Shown piece after piece: positions 1-10,627 of a stretch of DNA of 21,847 nucleotides; positions within the stretch are counted from its first letter, which is position 1; the number at the start of each line of letters is the position of its first letter. Where the stretch lies: the NCBI RefSeq assembly GCF_006345805.1, contig NW_021823695.1, positions 1 to 21,847 of the forward strand, read 5' to 3'. Made by a program: the position numbers and the translations under genes. The notes beneath the pieces were generated by a model. It saw only the letters and a list, made by a program, of their open reading frames with translations. It had not been told where the DNA came from and did no database searches. Origin of the DNA: Octopus sinensis (Eukaryota).

Positions 1-244
1 ATATATATATATATATATATACATATATATCATACACACACATCACACACACACACACACATATATATACATATAAGTAGTCTTGTTTTTTCTATATCCC
101 ATTCTCGCCTCGTCTGTTCGTTGTTCTCTCGTCTAAATCCCAATGCGATCAACCAGTCCTCCAAAGTACATGAAACAAAAAAATGATGGACGTAACCTCA
201 ACTTTTGTCTAAGTGTTTCTTGCTTTCTTTTGTTTATTTTCCAG

Positions 245-293
245 CATCGAGTTACAGAATCTGGAGCAGAGTGACGCCTGGACGTTATGACCT
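245..293 (+). CDS. Probable short internal exon, immunoglobulin-domain-like (E/F strand) fragment
   Basis: Pyrimidine tract ending TTTTCCAG (AG at 243-244), CTAAG branch-like motif at 209-213, and consensus GTAAGT donor at 294. Reads IELQNLEQSDA from 246, then GRYD in the +1 frame, resembling the Ig DxGxYxC motif. The frame from 247 (SSYRIWSRVTPGRYD) is open throughout. Confidence 0.5.
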
Positions 294-302
294 GTAAGTG
301 AT

Positions 303-625
303 TTCTTCTTCTTCTTCTTCTTCTTCTTCTTCTTCTTCTTCTTCTTCTTCTTCTTCTTCTTCTTCTTTCGTCTTCTTCTCTTCTTCTTCTTCTTCTTCTT
401 CTTCTTCTTCTTCTTCTTCTTCTTCTTCTTCTTCTTTTCTTTTCTTCTTCTTCTTCTTCTTCTTCTTCTTCTTTTTCTTTCTCTTCATCTTCTTCTTTTT
501 GTTGTTGTTGTTGTTGTTCTTCTTCTTCTTCTTCTTCTTCTTCTTGTTCTTCTTCCTCTTTATCTTCTTATTTTTGTTGTTGTTGTTGTTCTTCTTCTTG
601 TTCTTCTTGTTCTTCTTCTTCATCC
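303..625. repeat. (TTC)n/(TTG)n compound microsatellite
   Basis: Seen directly; source of the poly-S/F/E/K ORFs. Confidence 0.95.
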
Positions 626-1203
626 TATGTTTCGTATCTTTGTCTTCGTCTTCTGCTTGTTATTGTTGCTACTGAAAAAAACAAAACAAAACAAAAAAAC
701 AAAGCAGAAAAAAACAAAAACAAAAACAATATTACTGAATCATTTCAAGTGTCAATTAAGAATCTCAGATCGAACGTCGACCATTTCGATCTTCTCCGTG
801 GAGTTCCTCTATCAGTCATGACTTGACTGAGGTTGGTGGTGGCGAGGATGGGGGGTTGTCCCATTTTTCCACCAATTTAATACAAAAAAAATAAACAAAG
901 AAAACCCCAGCAAAAATGCAGAAGAACAAGGAGCCAAGCCAAAAAACATACCAAAAACAAAGACGTCAACGTGTTTATCGTTATGTGAACAACGAAGCTT
1001 GTAGAAAAATGGCCGCCAAATCAACCTTAGAAGACACTTCCCTACCATATTAGAATTAATGGTTACATACTGAATTACGTAGATGGACGATGCTTGAAAG
1101 AAAAAGGATTATAAAAAAGAAAACAGGGATTGTTGCAATTGGTTTGTCTTTGATCAATGCTTTAATCGACCAGGGATGATTTTGAAGGTGTATAAACAAC
1201 GAG

Positions 1204-1935
1204 ACGATGATGATGATGATGGTGGTTGTGGTGGGGGATGGTGGTTTTGGTGATGGTTGTGATGGTTGTGATGGTTGTGATGGTGTTGATGGTGGCGACG
1301 TGGATGATCGTCATGTCCACTATAATGAAGAGGGGTGGTGATGATGAAGGCAATGGCAATGATGGGGATAATGATGATGATGATGATGATGATCATGATG
1401 GTGGTGATGGTGGTGATAGTGGTGGTGGCGGTGGTGGTGATGATGATGGTGGTGGTGATGGTGGTGGTGATGGTGGTGATGGTAGTGGTGGTGATGATGA
1501 TAGTGATGGTGATGGTGATGATGATAGTGATGGTGATGGTGATGATGATGAAGATGATGATGATGATGATGATGGTCGTGGTGATGGTGGTGGTGATGAT
1601 GATGGCGGTGATGGTGGTGGTGGTGATTGTGGTGGTGGTGATGATGACGGTGATGATGATGGGGATGAGGATGATAGTGGTGGTGTTGGTGTTGAAAGTG
1701 ATGGTAATGATGATGATGATGATAATGATGATGATGATGGTGGTGGTGATGATAAGGGTGATGATGATGATGATGATGATGATGCGGATTAGAAAGATCG
1801 TCACGACCATTATAATGAAGGTGGTAGTGACGATGATCAAGGCGATGCTGCTGCTGCTGATGATGATAATGATGATGATGATGACGGTGATGATGGTGAT
1901 GACGATGAGAGGATGACGGTGATGATGATGAGGAA
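1204..1935. repeat. (GAT)n/(GGT)n compound microsatellite
   Basis: Seen directly; all overlapping ORFs are low complexity. Confidence 0.95.
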
Positions 1936-2217
1936 GATCTTGATCTCCATAACTCTGAACATCAGCAATAACAACGATATTGACAACGAACAACAACAGC
2001 AACATTGTAGAAATGTCAAGATTTTCGAAATAGAGAAAATGCTCGAAATACCAATCAAGATATAAAGCAAAATAAAAAAATAAAGTAGGAAAAATAAAAT
2101 AAAAAAATAAATTAAAATACATAAAAAAATATTGCAGACAAAAATGAAATCTTATTCAGACGAGCTGTTGTGTCTTTAGGTTTCCATAAAGCTGTATGGC
2201 ATGGAAACACACAGCAT

Positions 2218-2348
2218 TGATAATAATGATAGCAGCAGCAGTCGCAGCAGCAGCAGGAGCAACAACACCACCACCAACAACGACAACAACAGCAGCAGCA
2301 GGAGCAGCAGCAACAACAACATCATCATCAGCAGCAACAACAACAACT
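2218..2348. repeat. (CAG)n/(CAA)n microsatellite
   Basis: Seen directly. Confidence 0.9.
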
Positions 2349-2350
2349 AT

Positions 2351-2416
2351 GGAGGCGCAATGGCCCAGTGGTTAGGGCATCGGACTCGCAGTCGTAAGAA
2401 CGCGGTTTCGATTCCC
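2351..2416 (+). mobile_element. tRNA-derived SINE family B, head only
   Basis: GGAGGCGCAATGGCCCAGTGGTTAGGGCA...GGTTTCGATTCCC has Pol III A/B box-like motifs and matches the starts of the copies at 14213 and 15094. Confidence 0.85.
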
Positions 2417-3228
2417 ATTTCATTGCCAAGGAGGACTATGGTGCGGCACATAGACTTAATTAATGACGATTTAACAGAACAGCTGAACACTGTGCGTAAA
2501 AATTTTGTTTTCTTTGGCACTAGATGAGAACGCTGCACAGTTACTTATCTTTGTCTGTGGAATTGATGAAAATTTCGTCATCGCAGAGGAACTACTTGGT
2601 TTGAAAAATACAATCACTGGTCAGGACTTGTTTGAATGTGGATTGTGTGGAGAAAAGTGCTTTGTTATGGAATAGAATGGCAAGCATTACAACAGATCGG
2701 GCTAGAGCATTTACTGGAAAATATGTGAATATGATTAAACTTTTATAGAACAAGCTAAAAGCAGAACACCCAGACAGTGATATCTTGCCTTTTCATTGTA
2801 TTTTGCATCAGGGAACCCTCTGTAAAGCTGCACTGGACCTAAAGCATGTGGTGGATCCTGTAGGGAGCGTAATGAACACAATCTGAACAAGGGTCCTCTA
2901 CCATCGACAATTTAAATTTCTGCTTGAGGATAATGGAGGCAGAGTATTGAGATGTAATTTACCACAACAGTGATCAGTGGTTGAGCCTGGACAAAATGCT
3001 AAAATGGGTTTGGGAATTACAGAATGAAATCCTCCCTTTTCTGGACATGAAGGGGCTTTCACGTGATTTTGTTTCCAAAATGGGATGTGAGGAGTGGAGA
3101 TATGAGATGATATTTGCAGCTGATATGTTTGAGAAATTAAATGAATTGAATGTGACATTGCAGGGAAAGGGGTTGTTTGTACATGAAATGTTTAGGCATG
3201 TGAAATCATTCAAAACAAAACTACGGCT

Positions 3229-3353
3229 TATTTACATTATTTACATTATTTACATTCGACGTATATTTGTCCTCGTCTTGTTTGTTGTTAACACAACGTT
3301 TCGTCGAATGTAAATAATGTACATAATTCCTCATCTTTTAAATATAGAACTGT
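3229..3353. mobile_element. 125-bp insertion with 12-bp target-site duplication and internal inverted repeat; probable Penelope-like terminal remnant
   Basis: AAAACTACGGCT at 3217-3228 and 3354-3365. Removing the insert restores the FKTKLRLFARQ frame. Perfect 20-bp inverted repeat at 3242-3261/3302-3321. Confidence 0.8.
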
Positions 3354-3729
3354 AAAACTACGGCTATTTGCAAGGCAAGCAAGCGAGGGCAAGTTTTGCC
3401 ATTTCCCTTTATTAGAAGACAGAAAGTACCAGCACGTGTTTCTTCCAAGATTAGGGATCATTTGCTGAGTTTGGAGGATGAGGTCACAAGATTTCAGGAT
3501 TTTAAGAAAATTCAGCCGGATTTAACTTTGTCATCTTATCCTTTCGCTGCTGATATTGATACAGCAACTGAGGAGGTGCAACTTGAACTAATTCACATAC
3601 AATCAGATCACACGCTGAAAGAAATGTTTAATTCTGTGACATTGGTAGAATTTTAAAAATCTCTACTGACAAATTTCCATGTGTGAAGAAATTTTCTGGT
3701 AAAATGTCTTTTAGTTTTGGATCCACATA

Positions 3730-3960
3730 CAGAGTTGGCCAAAAGTCATCCGACAGTAAATCAAAATTCCATAAATACTTAATATTCAACCTAATTTATA
3801 TATTCCAATTATGAATGTTTAATAATGGAATGCTGTGAGTTAAAATCACCATTTTTTTTCAACGTTTGTCTATTTATTAGCGAAGTCTCATTCAGTTGTT
3901 AAATAAATCTTGGAATTTTATGGTTTTGATTTACTGTCAGGAGACTTTTGACTAAACCTG
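3730..3960. mobile_element. Tc1/mariner-type MITE, 231 bp
   Basis: TA duplication (3728-3729, 3961-3962); TIRs beginning CAG match at 30/37 positions; excision restores the FGSTYTCEQ motif of the hAT. Confidence 0.9.
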
Positions 3961-4201
3961 TATACTTGTGAGCAAAGTTTTTCCTGCATGAAGATCAACA
4001 AGAGCAAAAATAGATCCTCTGTGAGTGACATAAACTTGCAGGTAGTGACGAGGATCTCAACAAGCAACCTAGTTTCAAAAGAATTGTAAATAAGTATGAA
4101 AGATTACATTTGTCTCATTAAATTACTTGTGCTGACTGACGTGTAATTTGCCCATAAATAAATTTAATGAAACCTTTTCTGTGTACCACAATTGTTTTAG
4201 T

Positions 4202-4202
<1 letters not shown>

Positions 4203-4284
<82 letters not shown>
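4203..4284. repeat. (TTA)n microsatellite
   Basis: Seen directly. Confidence 0.95.
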
Positions 4285-4285
<1 letters not shown>

Positions 4286-5019
4286 GTGATTTACACTTCG
4301 CATTAAATGGAATGTAATATTAACTAATGAATACGATCAATTATAGAAGGTGCAGCCCTCCGCTAACCATGGACCCTCTCAAAGTGTCCCCATGGCAAAA
4401 AAGGAGACTTTAGGATCTGGATGTCTTTACAGGTTCCGCCCAACCACTTTTTTTTGGTCAGCTTTGTGCTACTACATATTCGTACTGTTCCACAAAAGTA
4501 ACACCTGTGCTCTGGTCAGTGGTGATGACATCCAAAAACACATCGGCCAAGACTTCCTCGAAAATCCTTCTTCAAGGACATGCAAAATCCATTGTTTTTT
4601 TTTTGGCAAGACAGAGGTATGCCACCTTCCTCCTCACTCTTTTCTGTATAAATTCGGTGGGCAAGGAAGTACCAGCCTTTGTTACATACATTGCTCGATC
4701 CTTTTCCTAGAGCTGACTTAAGCCCAGAGCCTCCCTTTCTCTCACAACATTTGCAAATTATAGAATGCTATTGTTGCTTTTATCACTGTTGTTGATATTG
4801 TTGTTTCCATTGAAATTAATATTCTGTGTGTCTTGTATCTGTTGTACAAATATGTCGAAAACGGAAGCTCCTTCTATGTGTTTGATTTATTTTCGCTTGA
4901 AATTAATTTGATGGGTAGGGTAGGTCGCGTTTTGTTTACGTTACTACTATTATCGTCACTAAAACGACTCGTTCTTCCTGTCACTACTGAGTCGGCCATC
5001 TTTCCACTAGGCAAACAAT

Positions 5020-5261
5020 ATCATCCTCACCACCACCACATCCACCACCACCACCACATACACCACCACAACCACCACATCCACCACCACCACACCACAC
5101 ACCACCACCACCACCACCACCACCACCACTACCACCACCACCACCACCGACTCCACTGCCGCCGCCGCCACTGCCACCACCACCACCATTATCTTTGTCA
5201 TCATCATCATCGTCGTCGTCATCATTCTCCTCATCAACAACAGTTAGCAACAGCAACAACA

Positions 5262-5324
<63 letters not shown>

Positions 5325-5388
5325 CCACCACCACCACCACCACCAACACCCCCTCCCAACAACAGCAATACTCATAACAACAACAAAA
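5020..5388. repeat. (CAC)n/(CAT)n/(CAG)n compound microsatellite
   Basis: Seen directly. Confidence 0.95.
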
Positions 5389-6146
5389 AGTAATACTAAC
5401 AGTATCAATAATACTATTCAAATTTTGTTAAACATGTCATATTAACATTTTTTTATTATCATTTCCATCATATTTTTTCTTCTCTGTATTCTTTTCCACC
5501 AAAACTTCAGACTCAGATAATCACAAATACAGAAATGCATAAACAAGTCATTTATTTCATCGCATATTTTTCTTTGTCTCTTGTTCAAAATCCATATTTG
5601 TCTTCAGTTATACAAAATGGAAGCGTAAAAAAAGAGTGAAAACAGAGAAAAGAATACACATAGAAACATACTAACACACACAATCACGCACAGAGGTAGA
5701 CACAAAATTTGCTTTCAAAATCATCTGTAAAACAGTTCAGCTGTGTATTTTCTTATCAAATATAATTCAATTAAGCAGAAAAGGAAAATAAAAAAAATCA
5801 TTGGCGGTATGTTTTCTTATAGTTGCAGTCGGCAAGTGTCTTATCTTTGGACGTACTCTGTGCGCATGCACGGGCGTGTGAGTGTATGTAATTATACGTG
5901 TGTGTGTGAGACGACGACGACGATGATGATGACACACACACACACACACACATATGCTCACATACATACAGAGACACACACACATATGGAAGTTGAGTTG
6001 CATCGAACAAATAAGAGAGTAGTACTCAATACTTATTGTAGAGTATATATATATGTATATATAAACTTATAAGTATACATACATACATACATACATACAT
6101 ACATACATAAATATATAATATACTATTATATATACATATATATATA

Positions 6147-6177
<31 letters not shown>

Positions 6178-6209
6178 CGTTTGTATGTACGTGGATGGAT
6201 GCATCTATA

Positions 6210-6438
6210 TACTCTTTTACGCTTTACTCTTTACTTGTTTCAGTCATTTGACTGTGGCCCTGCTGGGCACCGCCTTCAGTCGAGCACATTGATCCCAGGA
6301 CTTGTTTTGGTAGCCTAGTACTTATTTTATCGTTTCTTTTATCGAACCGCTAAGTTATGGGGACGTAAACAACACAGCATCTGTCGTCAAGCGATGTTGG
6401 GAGGACCAAACACAGACACACAAACATACATACACAAC

Positions 6439-6476
<38 letters not shown>

Positions 6477-6631
6477 CATACGACGGCTTCTTTCAGTTTC
6501 CATCTACCAAATCACTCACAAGGCTTTGGTTGGCCCGAGGCTATAGTAGAAGACACCTGCCCAAGGTGCCACGCGGTGGGACTGAACCCGGAACCATGTA
6601 GTTCGTAAGCAAGCTACTTACCACACAACCA
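6210..6631 (-). mobile_element. tRNA-derived CORE-type SINE family A, near full length
   Basis: Reverse complement of the 10628-11036 copy, with internal (CA)/(TA) tract and AAAAGAGT-type tail. Confidence 0.9.
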
Positions 6632-6639
6632 TACATACG

Positions 6640-6640
6640 T

Positions 6641-6738
<98 letters not shown>
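6640..6738. repeat. (TA)n microsatellite
   Basis: Seen directly. Confidence 0.95.
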
Positions 6739-6739
<1 letters not shown>

Positions 6740-7159
6740 GTTGTAAGTATGTACGTTTGGGTGCATCTATATATGTATATATAGTTTTATACTGAAATTG
6801 AATTGGGATGTTTGTCTCGGGAATTGAATTTATCAACAGACCATAAACGAATTCATAACAACCCCAACTAGAATTGCAAGGAATACCATAACACAGAAAT
6901 AACTCATGTAATCAATGAAAAACTAATGAATAAAAATAAGCATAAACCCACTCATCTACACCAACGGATGTATAAAGTTATCCTACCAATACCATGTTGA
7001 AATAGTTTCGCCCCAAGATTGTTGTGGAGAGAAACTCGAGACTAAATCTCAACTTGAAGTTCAATAAAAAATCATATCCTCTACAGCATATATTAAGCAC
7101 TCCCAACTCGTTTGTCCTATATATAGTAATGTACACACATACACATATACACATACACA

Positions 7160-7868
7160 CGCACACTCAAATATATATGTATACACACACACACTCAAAT
7201 ATATATGTATACACACACACACACTCAAATATATATGTATACACACACACACTCAAATATATATGTATACACACACACACTCAAATATATATGTATACAC
7301 ACGCACACTCAAATATATATGTATACACACACACACTCAAATATATATGTATACACACGCACACTCAAATATATATGTATACACATACACACTCAAATAT
7401 ATATGTATACACACGCACACTCAAATATATATGTATACACACACACACTCAAATATATATGTATACACACACACACTCAAATATATATGTATACACACGC
7501 ACACTCAAATATATATGTATACACACGCACACTCAAATATATATGTATACACACACACACTCAAATATATATGTATACACACGCACACTCAAATATATAT
7601 GTGTACACACGCACACTCAAATATATATGTATACACACGCACACTCAAATATATATGTATACACACACACACTCAACTATATATGTATACACACACACAC
7701 ACACTCAAATATATATGTATACACACAGACACTCAAATATATATGTATACACACGCACACTCAAATATATATGTATACACACACACACTCAAATATATAT
7801 GTATACACACACACACTCAAATATATATGTATACACACACATAAATATATATGTATACACACACACAC
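7160..7868. repeat. 28-bp minisatellite, about 24-25 units, TCAAATATATATGTATACACAC(A/G)CACAC
   Basis: Unit starts at 7167, 7195, 7225, 7253, 7281, 7309 and onward; occasional extra CA dinucleotides. Confidence 0.95.
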
Positions 7869-8109
7869 ATGATAAAATAGAATCCATAGAGGCTGGTGTT
7901 GGCCTATACCAGCACGATATATTATTTAGAAAAATGGACAGGAATTTCTGTTAAATTGTCACGGAGAATGAAAAATCTAATGTTTCGAACTGTGCTTCTT
8001 TAAGGAAAATGTGAGTAGAAGCAATTGAAAGAAAAACAGCAGTTTTACATCCTGTATGTCTGAGAAACTAGCTACGACTGATGAGGAACGCAAGATGACG
8101 TGAGCCTCA

Positions 8110-8530
8110 TATATAAACGCACATACACGAACACTTCTTCATCTTACAAACCCGCGCCTCTATACTTCTGCACTTACACACCTTTATAAACATATATATA
8201 TCCCCGCGAAACATAAACACCATATCTCCCCCTTCTACCTTTCTCAAAACACTCCTATAACACTCACATCCCTTACCCTCTTCTTTTCTTAATTCCCTCA
8301 ATAGAATCACATTTCCACCTGGCTATAACCCATCGCCCGCTTTTTCCCTCTCATCCATTTACCTTTCTTTTTCACCTCTCCTATGTATTTTTCCGATGAA
8401 GGACTAATGTCCGAAACATTAAAATTCTTTCCCTTCTTTCTTTTATGCATTAAACTAGGACAATATTTGTTTAAGCTTGTCTCCCCTGTGTTGTGCTTAC
8501 TCCTTTTTGTTTTTTTCATTATATTTCCTA
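8110..8530 (+). mobile_element. Possible Penelope-like 3' end with degenerate hammerhead motif
   Basis: Pyrimidine-rich tract followed by CCGATGA-A-GGAC-taat-GTCC-GAAAC (8393-8417) and a T-rich tail; no coding remnant recognised. Confidence 0.45.
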
Positions 8531-8624
8531 CATGCATACATACGTACATACATACATACATACATACATACATACATACATACATACATACACACACATA
8601 CATGCATACGTTTATATATATGTA

Positions 8625-8910
8625 AAGTAATCCCTCGACTATCGCAGGTGTTACGTTCTAAAACCTTCCGCGATAGGTGAAAATCCGCGAAGTAGAAACA
8701 GTTCTGTACTGTATATTTTTATAATTGTAGGCGTAGGAGTGGCTGTATGGTAAGTAGCTTGCTTACGAACCACATGGTTCCGGGTTCAGTTCCACTGCGT
8801 GGCACCTTGGGAAAGTGTCTTCTACTATAGCCTCGGGCCGACCAAAGCCTTGTGAGTGAATTTGGTAGACGGAAACTGAGGGCGCGATAGGTAAACCGAG
8901 ATATGGCGAG
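8625..8910. mobile_element. Probable pogo/Tigger-like MITE remnant interrupted by a SINE
   Basis: Left end TA-AAGTAATCCCTCGACTATCGC; right remnant GAGATATGGCGAG is partly complementary to it; GCGATAGGT occurs near both ends. Confidence 0.5.
8729..8879 (+). mobile_element. SINE family A, 5' part only
   Basis: A-box-like TGGCTGTATGG, B-box-like GGTTCAGTTCC, and CORE-like GGCACCTTGGGAAAGTGTCTT. Confidence 0.9.
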
Positions 8911-8914
8911 TATA

Positions 8915-9303
8915 TACTCTTTTACTTGTTTCAGTCATTTGACTGCCGCCATGCTGGAGTACCGCCTTTAGACGAGCACATTGACCCCAGGTCTTATTCT
9001 TTGTAAGCCTAGTACTTATTCTATCGAATCGCTAAGTTACAGGGACGTAAACACACCAGCATCGGTTGTCAAGCGATTTTGAGGGGGAGAGGGGCAAATA
9101 CAGACACATAAACATATACACACACATATATATATATATTTGAGGGCTTCTTTCAGTTTCCATCTACCAAATCCACTCACAAGGCTTTGGTCGGCCCGAG
9201 GCTATAGTAGAAGACACTTGCCTAAGGTTCCACGCAGTGAGACTGAACCCGGAACCATGTTGTTGGTAAGCAAGCTACTTATCACACAGTCACTCCTACG
9301 CCT
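8915..9303 (-). mobile_element. SINE family A, full length
   Basis: Reverse complement of the 10628-11036 copy. Confidence 0.92.
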
Positions 9304-9329
9304 ATATATATATATAATATATATACTAT

Positions 9330-9368
<39 letters not shown>

Positions 9369-9372
9369 GATA

Positions 9373-9414
<42 letters not shown>

Positions 9415-9436
9415 TATATATAATATATATATATAT
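9304..9436. repeat. (TA)n microsatellite
   Basis: Seen directly. Confidence 0.9.
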
Positions 9437-10094
9437 GTAAAATATAATGTAAGTTAGCTGCTATGATATGAATATATTTCTTTTACTAGTTGATATCCAT
9501 AAAGTTACGCGCGTTTCGCTGTCAATGAGATAGAAAAACAATATATCTTAGTGTATACAAATAATAAATTATTTTATTTCTGTATTAGTGCTTATGTTAT
9601 AAATTATATGTACTATTGTACAATATATATATATGTATACACGCACACACATACACACACACATGCTTATGTGATTTTAAGGAGAAGCTCCTTGATTCGC
9701 AACTCTAAATTTCACGTTAGCGATTATCCAGACGACCGAATAATCGGTGTCGTGAAACCCAGTGTAACAATTCAAGACTCTATCGCTTATACATATACAG
9801 AATCAATAGACTTGTTTATTTTTATATTTAGATCATTTTTACATTTCCATTGATGATACAATATCGTCTGTTGGGACTGTTAGTTTGATTAGATGTCATT
9901 TCCTTTCCTGGTTGTCCTTGACAGCAATATTTTTTTATTGATTACTCTTCATCTTCGTCTGCATGAATTGCCATATGGTAGAGCATTGCTGCTTTGTCAA
10001 CGTCTGTCAAATTTTCTTGAGTCTGTTTATACCACATATTTTCTGTTAGAGTTTCATAATGCAATTATAATTTTTTTCTGTATACAAGACAGTG

Positions 10095-10210
10095 GATTGG
10101 CAGAGCCATTACACTTCCTTGCAATATTTGTTCCGTAACTTAACGTTCTGAGTTCAAATCCTAGCAAGGCCAACTTTTCTTTTAATCTTTACGAGATCGA
10201 TAAAATATAA
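10095..10210 (+). mobile_element. Old degenerate copy of SINE family C
   Basis: ACGTTCTGAGTTCAAATCC...GATCGATAAAAT matches the reverse complement of 21218-21283. Confidence 0.6.
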
Positions 10211-10518
10211 TTCTAGGGTAGTTGCAATCGACAGTTCCAACCAGCTACACTCCTTGTCTTGTGACTGCGTCAGAAATTATTTTTCGACAGTTTTATACGA
10301 GTTTCTACTTCATCACCAGGTGCACTCTTTTTTACCTCGAGATATGCGCAAGCATTCTAGTTTTAGATTCTAGAGCAGTGTTAGTATATTGTAACAGTTT
10401 TGCTTTGCTGTACGGTTTGGTTCGTGGTTTCTGGTGCCATATTGGTGCTTTCTTTGCTGTATAAAGTATGAGTAATATGTCGTATAGTTTTGCTGAATGG
10501 TAATTCTGTAAGAACAGA

Positions 10519-10524
10519 ATCATC

Positions 10525-10579
<55 letters not shown>

Positions 10580-10620
10580 TCACCATTACCATCACCACCA
10601 CCACCACACCACCACCACCA
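10519..10620. repeat. (CAT)n/(CAC)n microsatellite
   Basis: Seen directly. Confidence 0.95.
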
Positions 10621-10627
10621 TATATAT

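Larger units (their letters stand above)
2417..4121 (+). pseudogene. Fossil hAT-superfamily transposase (GTF2IRD2/SPIN/Charlie-like), 5'-truncated, with stops and frameshifts
   Basis: Across frameshifts: ISLPRRTMVRHI, SLALDE, AQLLIFV, EELLGL, SITTD, FHCILHQ (CxxH), HRQF, WLS, KLNELNVTLQGK, FKTKLRLF..HFP, FGSTYTCEQSFSCMKINKSKNRS (hATC dimerisation domain), stop at 4119-4121. A likely subterminal remnant lies at about 4350-4405. Confidence 0.92.

Noticed and set aside
285-2122. Long ORFs rich in poly-E/K/S/D/G/I/T
   Set aside because: Trinucleotide microsatellites open in several frames and strands; no domain signal.
4833-5421. His/Ala/Pro-rich ORF resembling a transcription-factor low-complexity region
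   Set aside because: Fully explained by (CAC)n/(CAG)n; no flanking domain or convincing splice sites.
7024-7954. 282/249/193-aa repetitive ORFs; CRISPR-like regularity
   Set aside because: Translations of a 28-bp minisatellite; no unique spacers or cas genes; eukaryotic context.
8060-8110. CTGATGA at about 8078 as a hammerhead or C-box
   Set aside because: No stem II/GAAA arrangement or pairable stem I found.
9484-9525. Possible Helitron-like end (TACTAG..GCGCGTTTCGCT)
   Set aside because: No matching second terminus or supporting hairpin identified.
9812-9885. Possible exon after TTTATATTTAG with GTTAGT donor
   Set aside because: Weak donor, no recognisable peptide; such sites are common in AT-rich DNA.
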